Positions 25,771 to 39,850 of a stretch of DNA of 64,000 bases are shown here, piece by piece. The translations under genes were made by a program, and so were the position numbers. This stretch comes from Dictyostelium discoideum (taxonomy: Eukaryota), in contig CM000151.3 of assembly GCA_000004695.1 (NCBI GenBank), positions 4,928,001 to 4,992,000 of the forward strand, written 5' to 3'. Positions within the stretch are counted from its first letter, which is position 1, and each line of letters starts with the position of its first letter. The notes beneath the pieces were generated by a model. That model searched no databases, was not told the DNA's origin, and worked only from the letters and a program-made list of their open reading frames with translations.

Positions 25771-27428
25771 TTTTAATTTTAAATAAAGAAAATTCTAATG
25801 ATAAATTATTTTTTAAAATTTGGAGAAATAAATACCTATTAAAAGAAATTAGTTATCATTTAAGATTATATAATGAACATTTTGGTAGATGTTTTGATTT
25901 TCAAAGTTTAAAAAAATATGAATTTAAAGATTATATAACATCAATTGGTATCAGAAATGATGATAATTCAATAATTTTAAATGATTTAATACCATGGAAT
26001 ATTGATTCAATTACATTTTATACAACGATTAATGAAGAGTTATTAAATAAATTACCAAAATCAATAACATCGATATCGGTTAACAATAGTATACCAATGG
26101 TTGTTGCATTGATACCAAGTCATATTAAAACCATTGAATTTCAATCAAACTTTCAAAAAGCATTAATTCAAGGTTTTTTACCTGACGGTTTAAAGAATTT
26201 AATATTTACAAATCAATCTTTTCAATTAACAATTGGTATGATACCACAATCAGTTCAATATATTCAATTGGGTAAAGATAATTGTAATTTAATTGAAAAT
26301 CCAGATGTTTTACCAAAGAATTTAAAAACTTTAAAATTTGGTTATAATTCAACATCACTCATTAATCAAAATACAATACCACCGAGTGTAACTCATGTTG
26401 AACTCAATGAATTTTTAATACCAAAACCATGGATTGGTTTTCAATCAAATCCATTTCCAAATTCTGTAACCTATTTAAAAATTAATGCATATTCATTCTA
26501 TCAAATACCAGTTCCACCAAATGTTAAAACTTTAATTTATTCTGGTAATTTCTCTTTTAAAAATTCAACATTTCCATCATCATCATCATCATCAATACCA
26601 ACATCATCAACATCTGAAAATATTAATCAAGAATCAATATTTTCATTTCCAAAAACTTTAAAAACTTTAACATTAAGTTCAGATTTTAATCAACCATTAA
26701 AAAATTTATTACCAAATTCAATTACAAAATTAACATTTGGTGGTGCTTTTAATTGTCAATTAGAAAATAGTATACCAAAATCAATAAAATTTTTAAAATT
26801 TGGTAATTCATTTAATAAAATAATTAAAATTGGTGAATTAACTTCTATCTCTCCTTCTTCTAATCAAATTAACAATGAAAATAATGATAATGAAATTAAT
26901 GATAATAACAATAATAATGAAATTGAAGAATCAAATTTAGAAATTTTAATACTTAATAGAGATTTTAATCAAAAAATTTTAATTGGTTCTTTACCAAACT
27001 CATTAAAAGAATTATATTTTAGTTATTTTTTTAATCAATCATTTGATGTTGGTAGTTTACCAATTGCTTTAAAGAAATTAGTTTTAGGTTCAAATTTTAA
27101 TCAACAATTTAAAAAAAATCAATTACCTCACTCATTAACTTGGTTAGAATTAAATTTTGACTATGATCAACCTTTTATACCATTTGAATCATTACCTCAA
27201 TCTTTAACCTATTTAGAAGTAGGTAGATCTTTCAATCAAGAAATTCAATTTGGTTCCTTACCAGATAGTTTAGAAATCATTAAATTTGGTTTCAAATTTC
27301 AACAATTATTATTATTTGAAAATTTACCAAAATCAATTAAATCAATTCATCTTTGTTCAAATTATAATTTATTAAATAATAATAATAGCAATAATATACC
27401 TTATTATTTAATAAATAATTTTAAATAA
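25641..27428 (+). CDS. FNIP-repeat-containing protein, 595 aa. It has an N-terminal poly-Asn tract followed by an FKIWRNKYLLKEISYHLRLYNEHF module.
   Basis: Repeated ~22-aa FNQ/FN..L.. units (LTFGGAFNCQLENSIPKSIKFLKFGNSFNKIIK...) are typical of the Dictyostelium FNIP repeat family. Confidence 0.75.
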
Positions 27429-27537
27429 ATAATTGTTATTTATTATTTATTATTTATTTGTTATTTTAAAAATTATTTTTTTTTATTTTTTTTTTATTTT
27501 TTTTTTTTTTTATTTTTATTTTTATTTTTTTTTTTAT

Positions 27538-27639
<102 letters not shown>

Positions 27640-27752
27640 CTTCACACTTGTGTTCTTGTCTTACCCCCCCCCGTCACTCTCTTTCAACTAAAATCGTTTG
27701 TTTTTTTATTTTTTTATTTTTTTATTTTTTTTATTTTATTTTCAAGATTTAT

Positions 27753-28224
27753 TTATAAATCATCGTCATCATCCATTAAATCAGCGATGTCATCATCGAT
27801 TTCTTCATCATCTTCATCATCAGCACCTTCCATACCATCGAATTCATCAGATTCATCATCTTCATCATCTTCTTCAACCATATCACCATCAGCATCTTGT
27901 TGCTCATTATCACTAGCTTCATCATAAACAAGACTTGGTTCATAATCGATTGATTCAGTTTTATCACCTTTAGTTTGACTAGAAATTAATTCAAATTTAC
28001 CAACCAATTTTGATAATCTATTATGTAATTCAAATTTATCTTGAATAATTGTATTTAAAACTGATAATTTCTTTGATAAATTTGGTACTGATAATAAATA
28101 ACTTGAATGATCTTTAATAATGCAATTAATCCATGGTAAAACAATTAATCTTTTTTTTTTTTTAAAAAAAAAAAAAGTAAATAAATATTAGTATATATAT
28201 TTATTATATTTAAAATTTAATTTT

Positions 28225-28260
<36 letters not shown>

Positions 28261-29779
28261 AAAAAAAAAAAAGAAATACATTACGATTTTGAATTATCAG
28301 TTGCTAAATATTTTAATAATTTTGATAAAAGACTATATGCGTATGGAGATGGTAATGATTTAACAGTACTTTGAATAACATTGAAATTAACTTTAATTGA
28401 AGATAATAAAAGGTTATCATTATCAGATTTCAAACTTTGAGCAATTAAATCAACGATTGTACCAGCTGATGCAATTGAATCTGTTGATTTTTTAATTGTT
28501 GGTAAATTAACTTTATCTTGTTTCATCTCTGCTGCATTTCCTTGAATTGAAATGGTTTCTGATGTTTTTTGTTTTTTATTATTAATTGTTGTAGTTTTAT
28601 CAAATTCAATTGGATTTTCAACTGTAATTGATTTAATAAATGATTTTTTATCAAAAAATTTCTAAATAATAAATTAAAAAAAATAAAGAGTGATTAATAA
28701 AAAATAATTATTATTATTATTAAAAAAAAAAAAATACAACTTACAACTCTTTCAAATTGATATTTTTCTTTTTCAAAGAAAGCTAAAATTAATTCAGAAG
28801 CAGAATGGAAATTCATTGAAATAATTTGATTTGATTTATTTGTAATTTCGGTGATTGGAGTTTCAGCATCTGTATTATATTGATCATCTTGATAGTAAGC
28901 CCAAATATTAATTTGTGAATTTTGTAAGAGTGAAGAAATTAAATATTGAGTAACAGTTTTTGAAGCACGTTTTATTTCATGAGTAAAAATTGAAATTGAT
29001 TTAGTTGGGCTTGTTGCATTTAAAGTAAAAGTTGGTTCTGTAGTATTGGTATTATTTGCTGTTAATTTCTCTATATTATAAATTTGAATGGTTGGTTGAT
29101 ATCTATTACAAATTAAAAATTTATCATCTTGAGTGAATTGAATTTGTTTGATTGAATTTGAACCGGTTGAAACTTTTTTAGATTCTTTAAAGTTTGATAA
29201 ATCAATGAATGTGATATCATTATTTGCTATAGCTAATTGAGATTCACGATTATTTAATCCCATTGATGAAATTGATTTCTCTGATGATTCAAATGATCTT
29301 ATGATATGTTTTGTCTTTATATCCCATTGTGAAACTTTACCACCATGACTTGATGTGAATAAATATCTTTTACCTAATACTACTGCTGTTATATTTTTTG
29401 AATGGGTATCGAAAATACCTTTTTTCTTAAAATCAATACAATCATACATATAAATTTTACCTGAATTTGATACTGCTACTAAATTTTTATAATATTCTTT
29501 CTATAGAATTAAATAAATAAATAATTAATTAATTATTATTAATAACAAAGAAAAAAATAAAAAATAAAATAAAATGGGGTAATTATAATTTATATTTACT
29601 TTTTCACTTTTATCGTGTGTTGAGAATGTCAATAAAATAATTTGATTTTTTGATTCTTCAATTTCTACGAATGTGTGTAAAAGTTTACAATTAAAAGAGT
29701 TGAAAACTTCGATCTTGTTGTCTTTACCAACACGAGCGAATAATTCTCTATCTTTATCATAAGTAGTAACAGATGTCAT
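27753..29779 (-). CDS. WD40-repeat protein with a Utp12-like C-terminal domain and an acidic tail; putative U3 snoRNP protein UTP5/WDR43 homolog, ~569 aa. join(27753..28149,28285..28661,28745..29500,29600..29779).
   Basis: Four ORF segments join in frame through consensus introns (donors GTAAAT, GTAAGT, GTAATG; acceptors tatag, tttag, aaaag). The N-terminus MTSVTTYDKDRELFARVGKDNKIEVFN has WD-like repeats. The C-terminal block ...LPTIKKSTDSIASAGTIVDLIAQSLKSDNDNLLLSSI...LPSPYAYSLLSKLL resembles the Utp12 domain. The tail is Asp/Glu-rich. Confidence 0.6.
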
Positions 29780-29825
29780 TATTTTTTTTTTTTTTAACTC
29801 TATCTCTTTACCATTCGGTTTTTCG

Positions 29826-29861
<36 letters not shown>

Positions 29862-30119
29862 TTCGGTTTTTCAAAAAAAAAAAAAAAATTAAAAAAAATA
29901 AAAAAAAAATAAATTTATTTTTATTTTCGATCCCTATTCAATTTTAAAATAACATTTTATTAAACAAAAAAATAAATTAATTAATTAAATAAATAATTAG
30001 TGTTTCCACCCTTTTAAATAATTAGTGTTTCCACTTGATTATAATAAATAATAAACATTTAAAAAATATTAAATAAACTTTAAAATTTTGGTATATGATA
30101 ATAAGAAATTTAAACAAAC

Positions 30120-30162
<43 letters not shown>

Positions 30163-30209
30163 AAAATGATTTTATTTTAATTATTGTTTTTTATTTATTT
30201 TGTTTAATT

Positions 30210-32180
30210 TTAAATTAATTTTATAAATTTATTAAAAAAATTGGAATCCATGATATTAATTAGGTTTGAGTATTTATTAATGTAAATTGTTTCTAATGAA
30301 GATGTAAAGTAATCATCAAATGATGATGAAAAGTCTTGTTTGAATATGATTGAATGAATTGTTAATTCTTTTAAAGAGGATGGTAATGAACCAATTTGAA
30401 AATCATAGATATAATTAGAACCTAATTCTAAATTTGTTATACTATTTGGAAGTGTTCCAACTTGAAATATTTGATTGAATTTACTACCACTAAATTTTAA
30501 AACTTTTAAAGATGGTGGTAAAACATCCTTTTCAATTGGTTGATTAAAATGATCACCAAATGTTAAATTGATAATTGACTTTGGTAATACACCTTTTTCA
30601 ATTGGTTGATTAAAGAATTTACCAAATGATAATGTAGTTAAATTACTTGGTAAAACATCTTTATTAATTGATTGATTAAAATAATCACCAAATGATAAAA
30701 TTTCAATTGAATTTGGTAAAACTCCTTTCTCTATATTATTATTGAAATAATAACTAAATGTTAATTTTTTAATTGTATTTGGTAAAACACCTTTTTCAAT
30801 TGGATGGTTAAAATTATAATAAAATGATAATGATATTACACCAACTGGTAGACTACCTTTTAGTAATGGCCTTTCATTCCATTTAATTGAAATCTCTTTG
30901 TCAACATTGTTTTTTGGTAACCCAAATGGAAAATCGGTAAACTTACCTACATTATAAATCAATGATGTAAATGTTGATGGTAATGTAACATCATCAATTT
31001 TTTTTTTAAATCCAATACCCAATTCCAATGATTTTAAATTTACTAAATTTAAAAAATAACCACTTGGTATACTTTGATTAAATGTACCACCAAATATTAA
31101 ATATTCCAATTTTGATGGGAATTGAAAATGGTCTAAACATTTATTAAACCTGTAACCTAATTCTAAATGTTCTAAATTTATTGGGAATTCACAATCTTCT
31201 AATGGTTGATTAAAATCATTACCTAATATTAATTTTTTAAGATTTATCAAATCACTGAAATCAAATTTATTATTAAAATCTAAACCAAATTCAATTGATA
31301 CTAAACTAATTGGTAAAAAATTTATTTTAATTAATCTATTGAACTCATCATTAAATTTAATTGATGTAATATAATTTGGTAATATTAAATTTGAATTATA
31401 TAAATTATTTAAATTTCTTTCAAAAATAAATTTTAAACCATTAATTCTCCAATTAAATTTAATATTACTACCAAAATATTTTGATGGTAAATTTAATGAT
31501 GTTAATGATTTTGGTAAAAAATTATTAATGTCACTAATTGGTTGACTGAATTCATTACCAAATTTCAATGATTTAATATTTGATGATAGCCAATTACCTT
31601 TTAAAGATTGATTGAATGAATCACCAAAATCAATAGATATAACACTTGAGGGTAAAAAACCAACTTCTAATGGGTTTTTGTTATAAACTCCATTAAATTG
31701 AATTGATGTTATACTTGGTGGTAATATTCCAGCTTTTAAAGGCCCACAATCATCATCAATTATGATAGTTTTAACACTATTAGGTATAACATTATTTTTA
31801 TCAAATTTCATTTTTCTAAAACAAATAGTATCTACTGATGTTGGTATTGTATTTTCATTAAATAATGAAAGTTTTAATTTAAAAAGTGATAAATATTTAA
31901 TACCATGTGGTAGTGGTAGTAGTTCAATAGTATCATTTTCATTATCTGTTCCAAAGATAAGAACATGATTAAAATATTCTTTATACTTATAATTCAAAAT
32001 ATCTTCAATTTTTTTGGTTCTATATGGTTGACTATTAAAGTGTTTATTATATAATCTTAAATGATATAAAATTTCATTCCTTATTACAAGATTCCTCCAA
32101 ATTTTTAAAAAAATATCATTATTCTTTAATGATATAAATTGTTCATTTTCAATTTCAAATTTTCTTTTTTTGTTGTTCAT
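30210..32180 (-). CDS. FNIP-repeat-containing protein, 656 aa. Its N-terminal module is shared with the 25641 gene (FLKIWRNLVIRNEILYHLRLYNKHF).
   Basis: Many FNQ(P/S)I(E)KGVLP repeats of ~22 aa. A long intact ORF. Confidence 0.75.
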   Translation of the reverse strand: MNNKKRKFEIENEQFISLKNNDIFLKIWRNLVIRNEILYHLRLYNKHFNSQPYRTKKIEDILNYKYKEYFNHVLIFGTDNENDTIELLPLPHGIKYLSLFKLKLSLFNENTIPTSVDTICFRKMKFDKNNVIPNSVKTIIIDDDCGPLKAGILPPSITSIQFNGVYNKNPLEVGFLPSSVISIDFGDSFNQSLKGNWLSSNIKSLKFGNEFSQPISDINNFLPKSLTSLNLPSKYFGSNIKFNWRINGLKFIFERNLNNLYNSNLILPNYITSIKFNDEFNRLIKINFLPISLVSIEFGLDFNNKFDFSDLINLKKLILGNDFNQPLEDCEFPINLEHLELGYRFNKCLDHFQFPSKLEYLIFGGTFNQSIPSGYFLNLVNLKSLELGIGFKKKIDDVTLPSTFTSLIYNVGKFTDFPFGLPKNNVDKEISIKWNERPLLKGSLPVGVISLSFYYNFNHPIEKGVLPNTIKKLTFSYYFNNNIEKGVLPNSIEILSFGDYFNQSINKDVLPSNLTTLSFGKFFNQPIEKGVLPKSIINLTFGDHFNQPIEKDVLPPSLKVLKFSGSKFNQIFQVGTLPNSITNLELGSNYIYDFQIGSLPSSLKELTIHSIIFKQDFSSSFDDYFTSSLETIYINKYSNLINIMDSNFFNKFIKLI

Positions 32181-32650
32181 TATATTAATAGAGTTTATTT
32201 TATAATAAAAAAAAAAAAAAAAAAAAAATTAAATATCAGAAAAAAAAAAAAATGAAAAAAAAAAAAAATAAAAAAAAAAAAAAAAAATAAACCCCAAACC
32301 TATCGTACCAATTTCCAAGAGATGTTTCAAAACAATTTAAAGTGTGGTAAGATTTTCGAATTCTTATTTGGTTTCAAACACCTCAGAATTATGTTCAACT
32401 ATTTAAAATCGCAGGTTATCCAATATTTCATACTGATGGTAAAGATTGTATTGCTTAACTAATCGGTTGGTTTTCCTTTTTTTATTTTTTTTTTTTTATT
32501 TTTTTTTTTTTTATATTTTAAGAAATTCAAAAAAAAACAAAACAATTTTATTTCTTTAAATAAATGATAAAGTAAGGTTTGATATTGACATTATTTGTAT
32601 TTTTTTAAATAATTTATTTTTACATTTTATTATATTTTAAATTTTTTTTT

Positions 32651-32683
<33 letters not shown>

Positions 32684-32810
32684 TTTATTAATTATTTTTA
32701 ATTATTATTATAAATTATTAATAATTATTTATTATTTATTAATTATTATTTTTTTTAAAAAAATTAATTATTAATTTTTTTTTTTTTTTTTTTTATTTAT
32801 AAAATTAATT

Positions 32811-34554
32811 TTATTCTTGAGGAATACCACTTATACTTGAAGATAAGCCTAAAGATTCATCTAAACCTAAACCTTCTTCAATTGATTTTACTAAATTATT
32901 AATATATTTTTTAGTTACTCTAACTCTATTTTTCATATCTTCAGCATTTATTAAAGCAACATTAATATAAACAGATTCAGAGAGTTCTTCAGTGATACCT
33001 TCAGCATTTGCTTGTTGATATTCGAAAAATGTTTTACCAGCTACATTATCAGATAAATAGAAACCGAAAACATAAGTATACTTTAGAATACGTCTACATT
33101 CAATTAACAATTCAATTGCCTCTTGAAGGAAATCTGGATTTAAATTTGCCAATTCTCTGTATTGATTCATTTTATCTTCCATTTCTTCATCTCTCATTTT
33201 GATTGCATGTTTCATTAACATATCATGATTGAAATAACGAGTGAAATAGTGAAGAAAACGATCAGATTCCTGTTTGACAATGGCAGCACTTTCATCTGCT
33301 TTCTTACCTTCAGAGACTTCATACTTGTTACAACTATAGAAACCACCAGTATGTTGACCATGAGTTTTCCAATCTCCACGACACATCCAACACCATTCAC
33401 CACCACAACCACCTTGTTCCTTACGACAAATGATATGATTGCAACCCATTATACGTTCGGTTGGCATACCACAATGATAACAAGGTTTACAAGTTGATTT
33501 TATAAGTTTTAAACTCTCTTGATCATTGCTATTCTTTGATTTCCATTCAACAAGTTGAGCACAACTAACTGGATTATGTTTTTCACTTCCACAAGAGAAA
33601 CAAAATCTAGTACCACAATGACATTCAACCACATCATTGGGTCTACCAACACCACTATATCTAATAGCATTTCCACATGATGGATTTGGACAAAACTCTA
33701 AATTCTTATTATTACCAACGAAATCCTTGCAAATGAAATACCAATAACGAGAGTAGTCACGATCCGATGCTAAATCTTTCCAATTCTCATAGGTTAACTT
33801 TCCATTACATAATGGATAAATACATTTACTATGAATGATTTCACCACCACAAGTTTGCATCTCTTGATGAAGATAACTCTTCCAACATCCCTTACAATAT
33901 GGACCATGGCCACATGATAAACTATAGAAACTATCATCATTTGATTGATTTTCAAAACAAACAATACAAACTGAATTGGTTGGATACTTTGTAATTTGTT
34001 CATTCGCCAAGATAATACCTGCATTCTTACAAACCCTTTCTGGATCTTCAAAATATTCACCACTTAAAACTCTATCCAAATCCCATTTAAAATATTGTAA
34101 CAATAGTATTGCATTACCTGAACTTTGGTCGATTTGATCGGATAAAACATTTGCATTATCTTTAATTTGATCTTCTAATCCTTTCTTTTCAAGTATTGTA
34201 AATAATGGTTCATCATCTTCTTCACCTTGATTCTCTTCATCTTCTAAAAACCAATCATTTGGATCATAATCACCTATATCAATATCTGATGCTGTTTCAC
34301 TCATATAACTTGATGTATCATCATTTGAAATATCTAAATTCTTATTTACAAAACTAATTGAATTTAAATATTTTATCATTTTTTCATCAGTTTCACCAGT
34401 TAAATCTCTTGATGATCTACGTAGAGTTTGTTGAACAATTGATGATCTTCTTAAAATTGATGAAAATGATCCTCTTCTTTGTGATTTTCTCATTGGTGAT
34501 GGTGTATTAAATCCATTTGGTTTATATGTTTTAATTGATTCTGAACTTGATTCC

Positions 34555-34556
<2 letters not shown>
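32811..34556 (-). CDS. RBR-type E3 ubiquitin ligase, Ariadne family (RING1-IBR-RING2), 581 aa.
   Basis: RING1 is CIVCFE...LSCGHGPYCKGCW. IBR is CPNPSCGNAI...CHCGTRFCFSCGSEKHNPVSC. RING2 is CKPCYHCGMPTERIMGCNHIICRKEQGGCGGEWCWMC. An Ariadne-like C-terminal domain follows. Confidence 0.8.
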
Positions 34557-34605
<49 letters not shown>

Positions 34606-35053
34606 TAATCTAATAAATTAAAAATTTTATTTTATTTTTTTTATTTTATTTTATTTTATTTTATTTATTTATTGTTTAATTATTTGTTTAATTATTTAAT
34701 TAATTATTTAATTGTCTAATTGTTTTATTATTTATTTATTTATTTATTATTATATTTTTTTTTACTATTACCTGTTGATTTTTTTAAAAAAAAAAAAAAA
34801 AAGAAAAAAAAAAAATTAATATAAAAATGGAAATGAAAAAAAGAATATTTTATTAAAAAAAAAATAAAAATAAAATAAAATAAAAAAAAAAAAAAAAGTG
34901 AAAATAAAAATATATTTACAAATTTGGAATTTTTAAGGTTTTTAATTGTAATAACCGATTTTTAATGATATTCAAGTAATGTTATATAAAAATAATAATA
35001 GTAAATCCTCTTTTTTTTTTAAATATATAAATAAAGGGATATTAGGTATGTTG

Positions 35054-35084
<31 letters not shown>

Positions 35085-35559
35085 TAATATTTTTTTTTAT
35101 TGAATGAATAATTATAAATAAACACAAAATATATTAAAAAATAATTATTTTTAAAAAAAAAAAAAATAGAAAAAAAAAAAAAAGATAAAATAAAAAAATA
35201 AAATAAAAAAATAAAAAAAAAAAAAAAAAAAAAAAAAAAGATAAATGAAAATGTGTGTTGTGTGTGGGAATATTTTTTAAAATATCTCACACAATGAAAC
35301 TAAACTCTTTTAATATAAACCCTAAAAAAAAAACACCACTAATTTTGGTTGTATCTGGAAATAACTTTTTTTTTTTAAAACCACAATTTTTAGTGGTCCT
35401 TTTTCTTTAATTTGTCAATATCTAATTTTTAATCCAATCCCAATTTTAAATATTTTCAAATGTAAACTACTTATTTTAAATTTTTATTTTAATTTTAATT
35501 TTTTTTTGTTTTAAACTAAAAAGCTAAACCATTTTTTTTATTTATTTTATTTTAATTTT

Positions 35560-35600
<41 letters not shown>

Positions 35601-35653
35601 TTTTATTATTATTAATTATTATCATTTTTTTTTTTGTTGTGGACATAATTTAT

Positions 35654-35944
35654 TTAATCTATTCCAAAATTCATTTGATGGTATTTCATTATCATTTTTT
35701 CAGTACAATTTTTATCATAATATCTCTTTGGTACATTTTTTAAATCCTCTTCATTTAAATAACCAATAAAAAATTTATTTAATTTTTTAAAAGATTCATC
35801 TGTTCTATGATAAATTTCGAAATAAAATGCACAATCTCTATCTAAACCACTTAGAATTGTATCACCACCTGGATGTTTATCAATCCATCTTTTTTTTTTT
35901 TTTTTTTTTTTTCCAGAAAATAAATAAATAAAATTAATAAATTA

Positions 35945-35975
<31 letters not shown>

Positions 35976-36271
35976 ATTTAATTAATTTTTATACATTACT
36001 TTGTAACATCATAAATACAATTATCAAGTATCATCCAAAAATCATCACTTTTTTGATGTTGTAAAACTTGTTCTAATGAGTAATAATTATTTTTTCTAAG
36101 TGATAATAAATTTAAATATTTAATTAATTGATCATTTAAACCCAATACACCTAAATCTTTTGTAATTTCTAACATTTCATTTAAATAATCTTCTTCTACT
36201 TTTTCTTTAAATGTATATTGAATTTTTTCATAATCTTCTAAATGCTCTTCAACCCATTCAACATAATCCAA
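35654..36271 (-). CDS. Cytochrome b5-like heme-binding domain protein, ~168 aa. join(35654..35888,36000..36271).
   Basis: Exon 1 ends ...HQKSDDFWMILDNCIYDVTK (donor AA|GTAATG). Exon 2 begins WIDKHPGGDTILSGLDRDCAFYFEIYH. Together these give the classic cyt-b5 HPGG motif split by a phase-2 intron. Confidence 0.7.
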
Positions 36272-37139
36272 TACTTTAATTTATTATTTTAAAAATAATA
36301 AAAACAAATAAATAAACAAATAAATAAATAAACAAATAAATAAATAAATAAATAAACAAATAAATAAAAAATTAATTAGATAAATTTAAAAATACTTATT
36401 AAAAAAAAAAAAAAAAAAAATAAAAAAATAAAAAATGAAAAAAAAAATGAAAACAAAAAAAAAATCTACTAACAAAAATCAATATATTGTGAGTCTATAT
36501 TTATATTAAATTTATCATTATCATTATTATTTTGAATATTAATTGAAGTTATTAATTGTTTTGTTGTTGATGAAACTTCAATTTCTTCATTGTCTAGTGT
36601 TATCAGTGTTATAAATTTCATAATTTTTTAATTTTGTTTTTTTTTTTTTTTTTTTTTTTTTTTTTCGGTATTAATTTTCAAACTTTTTTTTTGATTGCCA
36701 ATTGTTTTCTTAAAATTAGAATAGCCCTCGAAAATTAAAGAAAAAAAAAAAATCGTGAGTTGGATTTTTTTTTTTTATTTTTTTTAATTTTTTATTTTTT
36801 AAGCTTTTTTTTTTCTCTCTTTTTTTTTTTTTTTTTTTAAAAAATACAAACGTCATTAAAATTTTAAAATTTTTTTGATATTTAATTCTTTTTTCTTTTT
36901 TTCCACTACAGATTTAAAAAAAAAAAAAAATTCAAAAATAAAAAAAAAACAAAAATAAAAAAAAAAAAAAAAAAACAACACTCACATATTAAAATTAACT
37001 ATCAAAAAATAAATAAATAATAATAATTTAAATAAATATTCTTATTATTATTATTATAATTATATTTATAATTAGATATATTTTTTTTTATTTTTTTATT
37101 TTTTTTCAAAGAAATTAATAAAAAATTAATAAAAAAAAA

Positions 37140-39413
37140 ATGATAGATCATAATAATATTATAATTGGTAATTCAATTAATAGTAAAACATTTTCATTAA
37201 TTGAATCAGTAAAGAATGGTAAATTAAAAGAATGTATTGGATATTTAGAAAAGATTAGATTACAAAATCCGTCATTAGATTTAGGAGAAATAATAAATAG
37301 TGGTGATGACTGTGGCAATACAGCATTGCATTGGGCATGTTATAAGAAATGGTATGATATTGTAAAGTATTTACTATCGATGGGGGCCGACCCGAATATA
37401 GCAAACACTGATGAATTACAAACACCATTTCAATGGGCATGCATCGGTGGTGATCTCCACATAGTGAAATACGTACTCAACAATGGCGGCGACCCACACC
37501 TCCAAGACAAGCGTGGCTACAATTCACTAATTCACGCCACACAGTATAATGAAATCAGCGTAGTTCGTTATCTGTTGGATAAAGGCGGTGTAAATGTAGA
37601 CTCGCCCGATTTCCTACAAAAAACGTCTCTCCACTGGGCTGCCTACCAAGGTCATACCCAACTCCTACTCTTTCTAGTCAACAAAGGTGCCGACATCAAC
37701 GCCTTGGACTCCCTCGGCCGTTCTCCATTGCATTGGGCTGCCTTCAAAGGTAACTCTGACCCAATTAAAGCACTCTGTGATTTTGGATCAAAAACTATGG
37801 AAAAAGATTCAAACAATCAATCTCCATCTGACATCTGTTCTTCTCAAAATCATAATTATCTCGCTCATTTCATTAAAACATTTAATTATCATCCATTTAG
37901 AAAAGTTGGTCCTGTATGTACTTCTTTTATTACTACTACTATTATTATCATCACATATTTATTAATATATATACTAATATATATTTTATATAAAGTTATT
38001 ATATAATATATTTTGGATTATTTTTGCAATTTTATTACAATTATATTTTGGATTTATATTTTATCATTTTACATTAATACCAGCATTGATATTATTTGGA
38101 GCAAGTTTAACATGTTGCAAATTATTTATTGAACCAATTACATTGTCAAATTCACCAAATCCATTATTACCAACATGGATGATAACTTCATTTACGGTGT
38201 CATTCGTATACTATGTTAGATATGTGGTACCAGCATTTCCAAATATAATTCTAACACATACGATCACATTGTTTGTTTATTCAAGTTACTATTATTGTGC
38301 ATTTAAATTGTTTTTCAGTGATCCTGGTACGGTTTCCTCTTCTACGACATCACAAGATTCAAAGGATTTCATTAATGCCGTCGAAAAGGAATTGGAAATA
38401 CCAGAGGTTTGTTCAACTTGTTTAATCAATAAACCAATTCGTGCAAAACATTGTAGAACTTGTAAAAGATGTGTAGCAAGATTCGATCATCATTGTGCTT
38501 GGATTAATAATTGTGTTGGTGTAAATAATAATTTATTATTCATAATTTTATTATGTTTATTCAGTTTAGCTTATATTATTAGTGTAACTTTTAATTTTAA
38601 ATGTAATGTATTAATTAAAAATATATATATATTAATATCTATATATATTTATATATATACTAATATTTTTAAAAATAATAATAATATTATTTTTTAGTAA
38701 TGTCAATTGATGAGAATTCGCCATTATATTCAGAAGGTAAAATGGAATGGTGGACATATCACTATTCAACTTATAAAGGTTTAATTTTATTTACAATTTA
38801 TAAATCATTCATTATGGCATGGTTAGCAAGATTATTATATGTACAAATAACTGGTGTAATTAATAATGTCACAATGTTTGAATTAATGAAACCACCAAAA
38901 GGTTCAAAGAAGAAATGTTGTAATCATGCTCCACAAGATCAAAATAATAATAATAATAATAATAATACTACTACTAATAATAGTAGTAGTAGCAGTAGTA
39001 GCAATAATAATAGTACAGGTACAAATAATGATAATAATAATAATAATAATTTAGGTACAAGTAGTAATGAAAGTGGTCAATCAAATTGTAATATTGATCA
39101 ACATAATGATCATGATGGTCAATCAAGTGAACCATTATTAAATGAAGTTTCAATTCAAATTCGTAGTGAAAATGGAGTTGAGGAGGATGATGATGATGAA
39201 AATAATAAAAATCCTTCAAATAAATCATTTAATAAAAACTCTAGAGATTTAGATCCAACTCAAACTAATTTTAGAGATTCAATTTTAATTCCAAAAAGAA
39301 CAAATAATAATGAAAATCCATATGATAAAGGTTCAAGAGAAAATATTAGAGAATTCCTTTATGATACTTCAAAATGGTTTAGAACTACAACTTTTAGTAA
39401 TAAAAACTTTTAA
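37140..39413 (+). CDS. Ankyrin-repeat DHHC-type palmitoyltransferase (AKR1/HIP14-like), ~698 aa. join(37140..37913,37996..38602,38698..39413).
   Basis: There are 5-6 ankyrin repeats ([12 protein letters not shown]..., [11 protein letters not shown]...). Then transmembrane segments and a [44 protein letters not shown]. Intron 1 has a GTATGT donor and a tataaag acceptor. Intron 2 (GTAATG donor at 38603, tttttag acceptor at 38697) is inferred from phase and is less certain. Confidence 0.7.
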
Positions 39414-39850
39414 AAAAAAAAAAAAAAAAACATATTTGTTTTTTTAAGATTCGATTTAAAAAAAAAAAAAAAAAAACCACAAGAAATAACTTTATGTTTT
39501 AAATTTATTTGTTATTAATGAAAGGGTTTCAGTTTTAAAATTTTTAAGATGTTTGAAGGTGGAAAGCCTTTGAAACACTGCATTAGACTGATCCATTTTT
39601 TTTTTTTTTTGGGATTAGTCTGTTAGATTCTCAAAATCCTTGAGTATGTTTGGAGGCAAATGGCCAAAAAAAAAAAAAATGTAGAAAAAAGTGGAAAAAA
39701 TATATTTTACGAAGTTCGAATTTTTTTTTTTTTTTTTTTTGATATAAATAAACTATTGTAGTATACAATTAGTATGTTATTTTTATTTATTTATTTTAGG
39801 TTTTTTAGTTTTTGTGAATTTAAAATAGTATGTTATTTTAGATTAGGTAA

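Noticed and set aside
35042-35290. 82-aa ORF (FFFFF...)
   Set aside because: Homopolymer artefact. The sequence is not coding.
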